Shown here: piece by piece, positions 47,352-56,752 of the stretch
Layout of the letters: every line of letters begins with the position of its first letter
Numbering within the stretch: the first letter of the stretch is position 1
DNA from: an uncultured delta proteobacterium
GTDB taxonomy: Bacteria > Myxococcota_A > Polyangia > Fen-1088
Assembly: GCA_963755125.1 (NCBI GenBank)
Contig: CAVWIP010000008.1
Span: 192,001-256,000 of the forward strand
DNA: 64,000 nt
Direction: 5' to 3'
The notes under the pieces: model-generated
What the model saw: only the letters and a program-made list of their open reading frames with translations
The model's database searches: none
What the model was told of the DNA's origin: nothing
Position numbers and translations under genes: made by a program

Positions 47352-47864
47352 ATGAACTTCGGATGCACCAAGAAGGCGCAGGTCAGGCTCCGACTCACAC
47401 CGTCGGGGCTGGCACCCGTACCGGACATGGTGTCCACGGTGGACTGGCACTGCAATGTGGTCACGTTGGGTAAGCGACCGTTCTTCCTATTCGCACACTC
47501 ACAATCGCTGTACGCGTTCTTCGTCGCTGCAGCTGGGAATTCACCTCTGGATGCCTTCGGTCGCGCCTTCCGTGACCAACTCGCGTCGGCCCTGGTGCGC
47601 GAAGGCGTAGCCGCCGGTCTGGGCGCGAGGCTGATGGATGACGGGCCAGACACTATCTGTCGGGCGATAGACCGTCGGGTGCTGGGAACCATGAACGACC
47701 ATGTCAACATGAGCCGCTTCTTCGTTGAGGACGCGGGCGGCCTCGATGACCGTGTACTTGCCAAGATCCACGACGCCATCAACGAGTCTCCGATGAGTAT
47801 CTTGGGGATGGAGAGTCCCCGTCGAGTGCTTCTCGCCCTTCTCTCTCGACGGGGAGCCGCATAA
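47352..47864 (+). CDS. Hypothetical protein, DUF6933-like (cassette gene)
   Basis: CTKK..L..DWHCN..LFAHSQSLYAF..DRRVLGTMND..INESPM..LGMESP; stop lies within GCATAAC. Confidence 0.65.
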   Translation: MNFGCTKKAQVRLRLTPSGLAPVPDMVSTVDWHCNVVTLGKRPFFLFAHSQSLYAFFVAAAGNSPLDAFGRAFRDQLASALVREGVAAGLGARLMDDGPDTICRAIDRRVLGTMNDHVNMSRFFVEDAGGLDDRVLAKIHDAINESPMSILGMESPRRVLLALLSRRGAA

Positions 47865-47881
47865 CGGCAGGACGTTGGGGC
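47859..47881 (+). other. attC-like site 4, internally deleted
   Basis: GCATAAC-GGCAGGAC-GTTGGGG: both core sites remain and the hairpin is missing. Confidence 0.55.
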
Positions 47882-47892
47882 CACTGGCCCGG

Positions 47893-47960
47893 CCGCCACC
47901 GCCTCTGTTACCGCACCAGCCCCGGTCACCGTCACGGCCACCCACACCTATACCGCTCCC
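47893..47960 (-). repeat. Right arm of the 68-bp inverted repeat
   Basis: Reverse complement matches 42741-42808 with 6 mismatches. Confidence 0.9.
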
Positions 47961-47995
47961 CGCTAGGCCCTAGGCATGCTAAAAACGCGCCAGCC

Positions 47996-50900
47996 ATGCG
48001 TACCAAGATTCGCCGCGACGAGACTGCGTCCAATTTCGGCTTCTACGACGATGCGGCCCGCGAGTACGTCGTCACCGATCCCCGCACGCCCACCAAGTGG
48101 GTCAACTACATCGGCACGCTGGATTTCGGCGGGTTCGTCGACCAGACGGGCGGGCTGAACATCTGCAAGAAGGACCCGGCCAACAACCGCATCACGGGCT
48201 ACAAAATCGACACCCCTCAGAACGCCATGCGGGGCAATACGCTGTATTGCCGGATCAAGAACGCCGACGGTACGTATACGGTTTTTTCCCCGTTCTTCAC
48301 GCCCACCCTGACCCCCTACGACAAGTTCGAGTGCCGGATGGGCCTGGGCTACAACAAGTGGCTCGTGCGGATGAACGGTCTGGAATTCGAGATCAAGATG
48401 TTCATCCCCGCGGGCGCCTCACAGGTGGTGACGGACGTCAAGGTGAGGAACATTTCCGCCCCCGCGGACGCGCAAGTGGACGTGATTCCGCTGGTGGAGT
48501 TCTCCCACCCGGACGCCCTCAAAAACCTGACCAACGCGGACTGGGTTCCGCAGACGATGAAGGGGAAAGCCGTCGGAAACGTCATCACGCAGTATCCGCA
48601 CATGGCCGAGGGAAGACGGGCCAATTTTATGACCGCCAACCGTCCCATGGATTCCTTCACCACGGATCGGAACAAGTTCCTTGGAAGCCACGGGTACGGC
48701 ACGTATGCCGAGCCCGGGGGGCTCGCGGAAGACCACTTGGACAACTACCAGGCTCTCCGCGCGGACAATGGCAACAGCATTGCCGCCATCCTCTACCGCC
48801 TCGGATCCATCGCCCAGGGGCAGGAATCTCGAATCATCATCCAGCTCGGTCAGAACACCAGCGTCGAGGCCGCCGCCGACTCCATCGCCCGGTTGCAAGA
48901 CCCCCAGAACGTGGACGCTGCGTTTGTGGCTCTGCATGCTTTCTGGCGGGGATACCTCGACCATCTCAGGGACGTCGAAACGCCCGATTCGGCGCTGAAC
49001 AAGATCGTCAACACGCTTGGCCCCCGTCAGAACCACGCGACCTTCTTCTGGTCCCGCTACCTGTCGCTGAACCAGCTGGGCTACGGCGGCGACCGCGGCA
49101 TCGGCGTCCGCGACACCAACCAGGACTTGATGGGCGTCCTGCCGTACATGCCGGACAAGGCGCGCGAGATGATCGAAAAGCTCCTCTCCGTCCAGCGCTT
49201 CGACGGATCCTCCATGCACCAGTTCAATCCTCTCACCATGAAGGCGTCTATTGGCGAGGGCCAGGCCGGCTCGGAGCAGGACTTTTACAGCGATGACCAC
49301 CTTTGGAATGTCTTGTCGGTCGTCGAATACGTGAAGGAAACCGGCGACACTGCCTTCCTGAACAAAGTCATCGGCTACTACGACGAGGGCACGGGCGAGA
49401 AAAAATCCGGCACCGTCCTGCAGCACTTGCACCGAGCCCTGGCCTTCACGCCGGGCAACCTGGGGCGGCACGGCCTGCCCAAGCTGGGCTGGGCCGATTG
49501 GAACGACGCCTTCAACATGGAGGGATCGGAATCCGTGTTCAGCGCCTGCCTGTACGGCAAGGCCCTGCTGGAAATGCAGGAACTGATGGACGTTCTAGGC
49601 GATGTGAAATCCGCCCAGGGCTACGCCGAAGAATACGACCGGATCAAGAAGAGCGTGAACAAGCACGCCTGGGACGGCGAGTGGTACGTCAGCTACATCG
49701 ACAAAGACGGAAAGCTGGTTGGTTCGAAGAAGAACGAGGAAGGACAAATCTACCTGTACACCCAGGCGTGGGCCGTCATCGCGGGCTTCGCGTCGCCGGA
49801 CCGGGCCGCCCGGGCCATGAAATCCGTCCAAGAAAAATTGGACACAAAACACGGCATCAAGGTCATGACGCCTGCGTATAAGAAAACGCAGCCGGGCATC
49901 AGCGCGTCGACCTACACGCCGGGCCTCAAGGAAAACGCGGGCATCTTCCTGCACCCCAACCCGTGGGCGGCCATCGCCGAAACCATGTTGGGCCACGGCG
50001 AACGGGCGGTGCAGATCATCGACCGAATCAATCCCCTCAAGCAAGATACGAACACCTACGAATGTCAGCCGGACGTGTTCGTGCAGAACATGGCCAGCGA
50101 CGAGCACCCTCAATTCGGTTTGGCCCGGAACCCCTGGCTGTCCGGAACCGTTTCCTGGGTCAACCAGGCCACGACGAAGAACATCCTGGGTATCCGACCG
50201 ACCTACAAAGGGTTGATGATCGACCCAGCCATCCCCGAGAGTTGGCCGGGCTACACGGCCACACGGGTGTTCCGGGGCGTGGCATGCCACATCCGGGTCG
50301 AGCGCGGGGATGGAGCAAACAGGGTCATGCTCGTCGACGGCAAACCGGTGGCGGGAAATGTCGTGCCCACCACTTTTTTCTCAGGAAAGAACGAAGTTCA
50401 GATCGTCGTGAAACTCGACAACAAACCCGCCGTCCCGCTCATCGAGAAGATGGTGCAGGAGTGCGAGTCCCGCCGGGCCGCCGCCGTGGCGGCGCAGGAC
50501 CCCGGTCCCCTCAAGAGGCACGAGCTGCACACCGTCGGCGGGGAGCTGGCCAAAGTGATCTATCTGTTCAGGAGAATGCTGGTCCACGCGCAAGGATTGT
50601 CGGCCACACTGGATTTCCCTCCGACCGGGGTGGTGACCGGAGCGCCCACGTTGGCGACTGGAATCTCTCCGTTCGGCCAAGTGAACCATCTCCTCGACGC
50701 CGGACGTTCCATCCGGTTCGGAAAACGGATGCGCTTTGCATCGACCCCCATGATTGGCATCACCCAGGCGGGCAAGACCCAAACCCGTCTGCTCACCAAC
50801 CTCAAGCGTGAGGACGAGGACGAGAAAGGCGAGGAGCCCCAGTCCTATCCCGATTCCATCGCCGACGAGGACGTGTCGGTGACCTTGGCCCCGCCCAGCA

Positions 50901-53842
50901 TGATTTCCCAGTACGAGCTCGAAGGCGTTCGCGTCGCGCGGACCACGATTTCCCCCGAACTATCGGGGAACGAGGACGACGTGTCCGTTCCGGCCACGGT
51001 GGACGTATTTGAGCTGTGCAACTCAGCCGATGCAGAGCGCACGGTGACGCTCGTGATCCCGCGGCCCTCTCTGGTGAATCTGACGGAAAAGAAACTTCGC
51101 GCCGAGCAGGACAACGCCTTCAGCGGGCAGGGCGCGACCGCTGACCATGTCCACGAGGAGTACCAATCCGCCACCATGAGCGGCGTCGTCATGGGCAGCA
51201 GAAAGACTGGCGACCGCATGGTCATCGCCGTTTCCAAGATGGACGGCGTCGATATTGATGTTCAGCCCGCTTTCCGGACCGCGGCTTACAAGACCGACTT
51301 GCTCGCGGACCTGCAGGGCCGGTTCGCAGCCCATAAAGAGCCCGAGCCGACGTTCGAGTGCGGAGCGGCCATCGCCGTCACCGTGAAGCTTGCGGCCAAC
51401 GGACGGGCGAAGATCCCCTTCGCCACGGTCATGGACTTTCCGAAGCAAGAGTATGTCGATGGAAAGTCGTTCGATCGAGCCTACACAAAGAGGTTCACGA
51501 ACCAAAAGACGCGAGCCGTTGCCATGACCGAATGGGCCTTGGCGGAATACGCGAATTGGATCGATCGAACCGGGGCAATCCAGTCCCGGGTGTTCGACAT
51601 CGTCCGCCGCGACCCCGGTTACGCCAACGACCGGCCGGCTGCCACACGCGTGGTCAATTTGCTGATGAACGAGATCTCCTATCTCTTGTCCAACGCAGCC
51701 GTGTGGATTGAGGGCGGATTGGCGGAATTTCTTGAGTGCTTCGACTATCCCTTCCTCAATTCGGCCGACGTGGACTGGTACTCCCAGTTGTTGTTGATGG
51801 TGTTCCCTGAGAAAGAGAAGGCTATTTGCCAGAAATTCATCGATTCGATTGGCGGCCAGGACGATACGGAAGTCTATTTCCACTGGCACGCTGCCAGCGC
51901 CCAAATGCGGGTGGAGCTTGAGGAGTGGAAGAAGCTGAAGGCGCTCGCCCTGTCGGGCAAACCTTTGGATGGCGACGCGGCCGCCCGCTTCGAGTACTTG
52001 GAATACGAGGCGGACGTGGGCGACGGCAAGAAAGGCTACAACGGCCGCTCTTTGACCCACATCAAGGGGCCGAAGAAGCTCAAGGGCAGCGTCAGCCACG
52101 ACGTGGGCCGTTTGACCGCGGGCAATCCCATGCGCGGCAACGTCAGCGAGTACGACTGGTTCAACACCAACTACTGGGTGGACCTGTTCCCCAAATTGGC
52201 CCAGCGAGTGGCCCGCAACGCCAAGTTCACCAACGATACCGAGTTCGTCGCCAAGAACTGGGCGACCCTGCAGACCGGATTCACCTACTGGATTGGTCTC
52301 GACCGAGACGGCGACGGCATCCCCGAAGGCAACCCCGGCGAAGTCAAGAACACTTTCGACAACATCAAGCTGTTCGGCTACGACTCCTACAGCGCCAGCC
52401 TGGCCTTGGCCGGATACGAATCCATCGTCCGGATAGCGGAGATGATGCTCGCCAGGACAGCGACGGAGGCGGAGCGCAGCTCCCTGCGCGCCACGGTCGC
52501 GGACTGTCGCGCGCGCTTCGAGAAGGCGAAGAAGACCATCGAGACGTTGTGGGTCAGCACGCGCAACGACGACGGGACGGAAGGCGGCTACTTCGCCACC
52601 TGCTACGATCCCAAGGTGGAGCCAGGGGACTTCGCCGTCTCTCCCCAGACCGCGACCTTGCGGGAGCAATTGATACGGGCCGGGTATCTGCGCGACGATG
52701 GCAGCGTCGACGCGGAAGAAGTGAATCCGATCGGCAATCCGTCCGCGCTGCAATTGTCCCCCGGCTTCGACAAAAAGGCGGTTCTCGGCCTGCTCAAGTT
52801 CTACGCGGGAGGAACCGACCCGAACCAGGTCGCGAATCTGACGGAAACCCTCGAGAAAGTCGGCTCGGTCTTTGACCAGCTAAAGAAGTACCGTTACACC
52901 GATGAGGACAATGGCGCCATCGACCGGGCGAAGTTTGAAGCCCTGCCGAACGCCGGCGCCATGAAGCTCGGCCCCTTTATCGACAAGGCGTACGTTTACG
53001 GGGAAATAGGGAAAGTCCTGGCAGAGACGGCCTCGGTCTATCCCGAGCTCGAGCGGAACGGCTACGTCGCGGGCGGGAAGATCCAGGACAAGTTCTGGGA
53101 AGTATCCTCAGCCGAACGCTTGCAGGGCCGCTATCCTGATCGCCTGGCCTCTTTCAACGCCCTGATGGTTCACAAGAGCTTCGACGTATTCACCAACCAG
53201 TTGGACGGTTTGTGGGCGTGGATTGCCATGGGCGAAAACCCGGAGGAATTGGTGAAGCCCGCGCGAGTGCAGATGATCCTGAAGACCATCTATGAGAACA
53301 ATCGCGTGACCAACGGCTGGGCCACCCAGAGAACCGCGGACGGAAAGGAAGTGAAGTCCGACCAGGGCAAGGATGTCTGGATCGCCTCCAACTACGTCCT
53401 GGCCCATATGCTGGACTATTGCGGCCTGACTGAGGAAAGTAAGGATGTCTACAAGGTGATGGACGAGATCCTGCTTCAGCACGACAACACCTCGACCTCT
53501 CCCGAAAGCGTTCGGCCGGACGAAAACAAGTTCATCGTCAAGGGATATCCCCGCCCCGGAGCCGTGTGGACCCAGTTGCCCCTGCTCTTCTTCAAAGCCC
53601 AAAAACAGGCCGGCAAGAAGATCTCCACGCCGGAAGAGATGAAGGCGTTCATGCAAGGGATTTTCAATCCCGACGGCGCGACCCTGGCGACGTTTCGCTC
53701 AGGCCAAGGCAAGACGGAGTCCGCCCATTGGGGCCGGAAAGCAGGACGGATCCCCTACGGGTTGAGTCGGGTAAGGCCCGGCGCCGGCAGCGGGCCCGCC
53801 ATGCCCGGCGGCGGCGGCACGGCTGGTTCCGTCTTGGCCTAG
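47996..53842 (+). CDS. GH94 glycoside phosphorylase fused to a GH116-like glycosidase (1948 aa)
   Basis: First ~810 aa: FGFYDD..REYVVT.P.TP..W.NY, GVRDTNQD, SDDHLW, ADWND, KENAGIF.H, WLSGT. Remainder: FLECFDY..NSADVDWYS, DRDGDGIPE, NTFD, NQLDGLW, Q..DVW, PE..YPRPGAVW. Confidence 0.85.
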   Translation: MRTKIRRDETASNFGFYDDAAREYVVTDPRTPTKWVNYIGTLDFGGFVDQTGGLNICKKDPANNRITGYKIDTPQNAMRGNTLYCRIKNADGTYTVFSPFFTPTLTPYDKFECRMGLGYNKWLVRMNGLEFEIKMFIPAGASQVVTDVKVRNISAPADAQVDVIPLVEFSHPDALKNLTNADWVPQTMKGKAVGNVITQYPHMAEGRRANFMTANRPMDSFTTDRNKFLGSHGYGTYAEPGGLAEDHLDNYQALRADNGNSIAAILYRLGSIAQGQESRIIIQLGQNTSVEAAADSIARLQDPQNVDAAFVALHAFWRGYLDHLRDVETPDSALNKIVNTLGPRQNHATFFWSRYLSLNQLGYGGDRGIGVRDTNQDLMGVLPYMPDKAREMIEKLLSVQRFDGSSMHQFNPLTMKASIGEGQAGSEQDFYSDDHLWNVLSVVEYVKETGDTAFLNKVIGYYDEGTGEKKSGTVLQHLHRALAFTPGNLGRHGLPKLGWADWNDAFNMEGSESVFSACLYGKALLEMQELMDVLGDVKSAQGYAEEYDRIKKSVNKHAWDGEWYVSYIDKDGKLVGSKKNEEGQIYLYTQAWAVIAGFASPDRAARAMKSVQEKLDTKHGIKVMTPAYKKTQPGISASTYTPGLKENAGIFLHPNPWAAIAETMLGHGERAVQIIDRINPLKQDTNTYECQPDVFVQNMASDEHPQFGLARNPWLSGTVSWVNQATTKNILGIRPTYKGLMIDPAIPESWPGYTATRVFRGVACHIRVERGDGANRVMLVDGKPVAGNVVPTTFFSGKNEVQIVVKLDNKPAVPLIEKMVQECESRRAAAVAAQDPGPLKRHELHTVGGELAKVIYLFRRMLVHAQGLSATLDFPPTGVVTGAPTLATGISPFGQVNHLLDAGRSIRFGKRMRFASTPMIGITQAGKTQTRLLTNLKREDEDEKGEEPQSYPDSIADEDVSVTLAPPSMISQYELEGVRVARTTISPELSGNEDDVSVPATVDVFELCNSADAERTVTLVIPRPSLVNLTEKKLRAEQDNAFSGQGATADHVHEEYQSATMSGVVMGSRKTGDRMVIAVSKMDGVDIDVQPAFRTAAYKTDLLADLQGRFAAHKEPEPTFECGAAIAVTVKLAANGRAKIPFATVMDFPKQEYVDGKSFDRAYTKRFTNQKTRAVAMTEWALAEYANWIDRTGAIQSRVFDIVRRDPGYANDRPAATRVVNLLMNEISYLLSNAAVWIEGGLAEFLECFDYPFLNSADVDWYSQLLLMVFPEKEKAICQKFIDSIGGQDDTEVYFHWHAASAQMRVELEEWKKLKALALSGKPLDGDAAARFEYLEYEADVGDGKKGYNGRSLTHIKGPKKLKGSVSHDVGRLTAGNPMRGNVSEYDWFNTNYWVDLFPKLAQRVARNAKFTNDTEFVAKNWATLQTGFTYWIGLDRDGDGIPEGNPGEVKNTFDNIKLFGYDSYSASLALAGYESIVRIAEMMLARTATEAERSSLRATVADCRARFEKAKKTIETLWVSTRNDDGTEGGYFATCYDPKVEPGDFAVSPQTATLREQLIRAGYLRDDGSVDAEEVNPIGNPSALQLSPGFDKKAVLGLLKFYAGGTDPNQVANLTETLEKVGSVFDQLKKYRYTDEDNGAIDRAKFEALPNAGAMKLGPFIDKAYVYGEIGKVLAETASVYPELERNGYVAGGKIQDKFWEVSSAERLQGRYPDRLASFNALMVHKSFDVFTNQLDGLWAWIAMGENPEELVKPARVQMILKTIYENNRVTNGWATQRTADGKEVKSDQGKDVWIASNYVLAHMLDYCGLTEESKDVYKVMDEILLQHDNTSTSPESVRPDENKFIVKGYPRPGAVWTQLPLLFFKAQKQAGKKISTPEEMKAFMQGIFNPDGATLATFRSGQGKTESAHWGRKAGRIPYGLSRVRPGAGSGPAMPGGGGTAGSVLA

Positions 53843-53869
53843 AACGGGGTGTGCCGAATGCGGTTCCCC

Positions 53870-55159
53870 TCACGTCGTCGATAGGGTTGTGCTCGGACTG
53901 ACCGGCAGACTCACCTCGAAACGACTGCCCATGGGCTGGCGGGCAACATACGCCACGTCGCCCGCGTGGTAGCGGGCCACCTGGCGGACCAGCGACAGAC
54001 CCAGCCCAAGACCAGCGTCGCCCGGACTCCGTGGCCCGGGCGGGCGATAGAACGGCGTGAAAATGCGCTCCTGCTCGCTCTCAGGTATGCCCGGGCCGTC
54101 GTCTTCCACGGCGATGACGGCCTGCGATTCCACCCGCCGCACCTCCGCGCGGATCGCGCCACTCCCGCCGTGCAGGCGCGCGTTGGCGAAGAGATTGCGC
54201 ACCATGTGCCTCATCATCGCCGCTTCGCAGGCGAGCGCCAGCGGCTCGCCGGTGACCTGGGCACCGACCGCCTGGGCTTCCTCGCGCACCAGCGCCAGCA
54301 GATCGACCTCCTTGGACGGACGCCGAGGCACGCCGGGCTGTGCGCGAGCCGAAAGCAGCAACTCCTCCACCAGGGCATCGAGCTCGACAATGTCTTCGCT
54401 GGCGCGGCGGGCGAGATCGCCGCGCCGGCCCGGGTCGGCTTCCCCGGCGAGTAATTCCAGGGCCATCCGAATGCGTGCCAGGGGCGAACGCAACTCGTGC
54501 GAGGCGCCGGCCAACATCTGCCGCTCCTGCGCGAGCAAGCCTTGGATGGCTGCAGCCGTCTGGTTGAACCGTTCGGCCAGCGTCGCGATCTCGTCGTGAC
54601 CGACCACGGGCACGCGGTGGTGAAGATCGCCAGCGCCCCAGCGACGTGCGCCCTCGGTCAGTTGTTCGAGGCGGCGGGTGATGCTTCGGGAGAGGGGAAG
54701 CATCCCTACAGCCATCATGGCAGCCAGGGCAATCAAGAGCGGGATGAACAGCGGTCGGTGCGGCCCGACATGGCTGCGTTCGCGCAAGCCGAGAGTGCGT
54801 CCGTCCCCGAGGGGGGTGAGCCAAACCGGGCCGTGCAGCGCGTGCTGCCAGCCATCGTCGCTGTGGGAAAAGGGCCCTGCCGACGCGTGGCCGGCATGAA
54901 AGAGCAGCCGACCATCCACGTCCCAGATCACGACATCCGCATCCAGCTCGCGCGCCTTGGCCTCAAGAAGCTGTGCCTCCGGGCCCCGACATGGGCCCGG
55001 CGCCTCGCAAACGAGGGAACGAGCGAGGGGCGCCAGGATGCGGCCAGCAGGAATGCGCGGCTGGTGGAAGGCACGTGCCAGCAGGGCTGTCACCAGCAAG
55101 GACAGCACGGTGATGGCCAGAAATGTCAGGTACAGCCTGTGATACAGGCGCCGTTTCAT
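53870..55159 (-). CDS. HAMP-domain sensor histidine kinase
   Basis: Two TM helices, HAMP, SHELRSPLARI, NLFANA, DDGPGI, GLGLGLS. Confidence 0.93.
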   Translation of the reverse strand: MKRRLYHRLYLTFLAITVLSLLVTALLARAFHQPRIPAGRILAPLARSLVCEAPGPCRGPEAQLLEAKARELDADVVIWDVDGRLLFHAGHASAGPFSHSDDGWQHALHGPVWLTPLGDGRTLGLRERSHVGPHRPLFIPLLIALAAMMAVGMLPLSRSITRRLEQLTEGARRWGAGDLHHRVPVVGHDEIATLAERFNQTAAAIQGLLAQERQMLAGASHELRSPLARIRMALELLAGEADPGRRGDLARRASEDIVELDALVEELLLSARAQPGVPRRPSKEVDLLALVREEAQAVGAQVTGEPLALACEAAMMRHMVRNLFANARLHGGSGAIRAEVRRVESQAVIAVEDDGPGIPESEQERIFTPFYRPPGPRSPGDAGLGLGLSLVRQVARYHAGDVAYVARQPMGSRFEVSLPVSPSTTLSTT

Positions 55160-55869
55160 GGCTCGCCCGCCTTGGCTCCTCCGGGCGGCAACGCCAGCAC
55201 GTAGCCCGCGCCGCGCACCGTCTGCACCAGGCGAGGATGTCGCGGATCCTCTTCGATCGCCTGACGAATGCGCGAAATGTGGACGTCAATGCTCCGATCC
55301 ATGTTGTCCCATTCCTCGCCCTTGAGCGCTTCCATGAGCTGGTCGCGCGATTGCACCCGCCCGGCCCGCTCGGCCAGCAGCAGCAAAAGATCGAACTGCC
55401 GGCCAGTCAGCTCGCAGCGCTGGCCGCGCACTCGCACCTCGCGGGTCGCGCGATCGATCTCCAGCGGCCCCGCCTGCAACCGCTCGGCCGCCTGTTGCTC
55501 ACGTGTGCGCGTGCGACGCAAGACTGCGGCCAGGCGCGCCAGCAGTTCACGCGGGTTGAACGGCTTGGGCAAGTAGTCGTCCGCGCCGATCTCGATTCCC
55601 ACGATGCGGTCCATGTCATCGCCGCGCGCCGTGAGCATCACGATGGGGACCTGGGAGACAGCGCGCATGCGACGACACACCTCGAGCCCGTCGATCCCGG
55701 GCAGCATCACGTCGAGAATCACCGCTTCGTATTCGTTGCGGCGTTGAGCCTGCAGCCCACTTTCCCCATCACCGCAGCAATCCACCACGTACCCATGCCC
55801 ACGCAAGTACCCGCCCAGCATCTCGGCCAAGCGGGCATCGTCATCGATCAAGAGAACACGCGTTGACAT
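55156..55869 (-). CDS. OmpR/CpxR family response regulator
   Basis: LIDDD, LDVMLP, MLTARG, GADDYLPKPF, winged helix DRSIDVHISRIR..TVRGAGY. Confidence 0.95.
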   Translation of the reverse strand: MSTRVLLIDDDARLAEMLGGYLRGHGYVVDCCGDGESGLQAQRRNEYEAVILDVMLPGIDGLEVCRRMRAVSQVPIVMLTARGDDMDRIVGIEIGADDYLPKPFNPRELLARLAAVLRRTRTREQQAAERLQAGPLEIDRATREVRVRGQRCELTGRQFDLLLLLAERAGRVQSRDQLMEALKGEEWDNMDRSIDVHISRIRQAIEEDPRHPRLVQTVRGAGYVLALPPGGAKAGEP

Positions 55870-55939
55870 GGTCGGGCAGAGGGCCGGACGGGCAACCGGG
55901 CGTTACCCCATATTGTAACCGGGCCCGGCCGCTTGGTGG

Positions 55940-56467
55940 TTAGAAACCGTGATGGCGGTGGCCGCCATGGCTGCGCATCTGCTGAACCAAGGTCTGACGC
56001 TGCTCTGCGGTCAGAATGTTGCCGGCCGCGACCAAAGCCGTGGTGATGGTCTTCGATGCCTGGTCCATCAGCGCGGAAGCCTGAGCCCGCAGATTCTCGA
56101 TGGCAGCCGGATCCAGGGTGGCCGCCGCGAAAGCGTCGCCCATCGCCTTGTGCAACTGAGCGTGCTGCTGGTGGATGGGTTTCAGGTCAGCCGCCAGCTG
56201 CTGAATGATTGGTTTGATAGCGGCCCGCTGACTGTCGGTGGCCTTGACCAGGTCCAGCGCTTTCTCCAGGCGGCGCTGCATGAACGCCTGACGCTCTGCG
56301 GGCGAGCCCTCCCAGTTGTCCCCCCCTGGGCCGAAGCCCATGCCGCCCGTGCCACCGGCCCACGCCCGCGCGCCGTAGACTCCGGCAAGAGCCAAGGGAA
56401 GCGCCAGCAGCAGCCACCAGCGCTTCGTCCTCGATTGCTGCAGGTTCGTGGATTTTCCTTCAGTCAT
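55940..56467 (-). CDS. Spy/CpxP family periplasmic protein
   Basis: Signal peptide, ATDSQR and LTAEQR (LTxxQ) motifs; upstream of the two-component pair. Confidence 0.8.
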   Translation of the reverse strand: MTEGKSTNLQQSRTKRWWLLLALPLALAGVYGARAWAGGTGGMGFGPGGDNWEGSPAERQAFMQRRLEKALDLVKATDSQRAAIKPIIQQLAADLKPIHQQHAQLHKAMGDAFAAATLDPAAIENLRAQASALMDQASKTITTALVAAGNILTAEQRQTLVQQMRSHGGHRHHGF

Positions 56468-56696
56468 CGTGTCCTCCTTGCGTTGCAACGGACTGGCTTG
56501 CGTCCCGTCTGCACTCAAGATGGCGCGCTGGTTGTGCTGGCGTATTGCGCGAAAGTAAAGTTAGGTAAATCCGTCGGGCGGTTGTTGTGCGCCAGGCAGT
56601 TACGCCGTCCGTTTCTCGGTGCTGTGGACGACGCGACGCCATTCTTCTCACCCGAGGACGGGCCGGTCGGCACCGGTTTGCCAAGAAGTTTCGGGG

Positions 56697-56718
56697 CTGT
56701 CACAGGGTCGTCACGCAG
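56697..56718 (+). promoter_or_regulatory. Pho-box-like direct repeat
   Basis: CTGTCAC-AGGG-TCGTCAC with GTCAC at 56699 and 56710 (11-bp period). Confidence 0.7.
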
Positions 56719-56752
56719 GACCCCTAACCTGCGCCCAAGGAGATTGAAACCC

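Larger units (their letters stand above)
43080..47881 (+). mobile_element. Integrase-less integron cassette array (CALIN-like), degraded
   Basis: Co-oriented ORFs bounded by GTTRRRY/RYYYAAC cores and four attC-like sites; no intI in the window. Confidence 0.72.

Noticed and set aside
53870..55869. Two-component pair as PhoR/PhoB
   Set aside because: Preceded by a Spy/CpxP gene, and the kinase has HAMP but no PAS domain; this fits a Cpx-like envelope-stress module better
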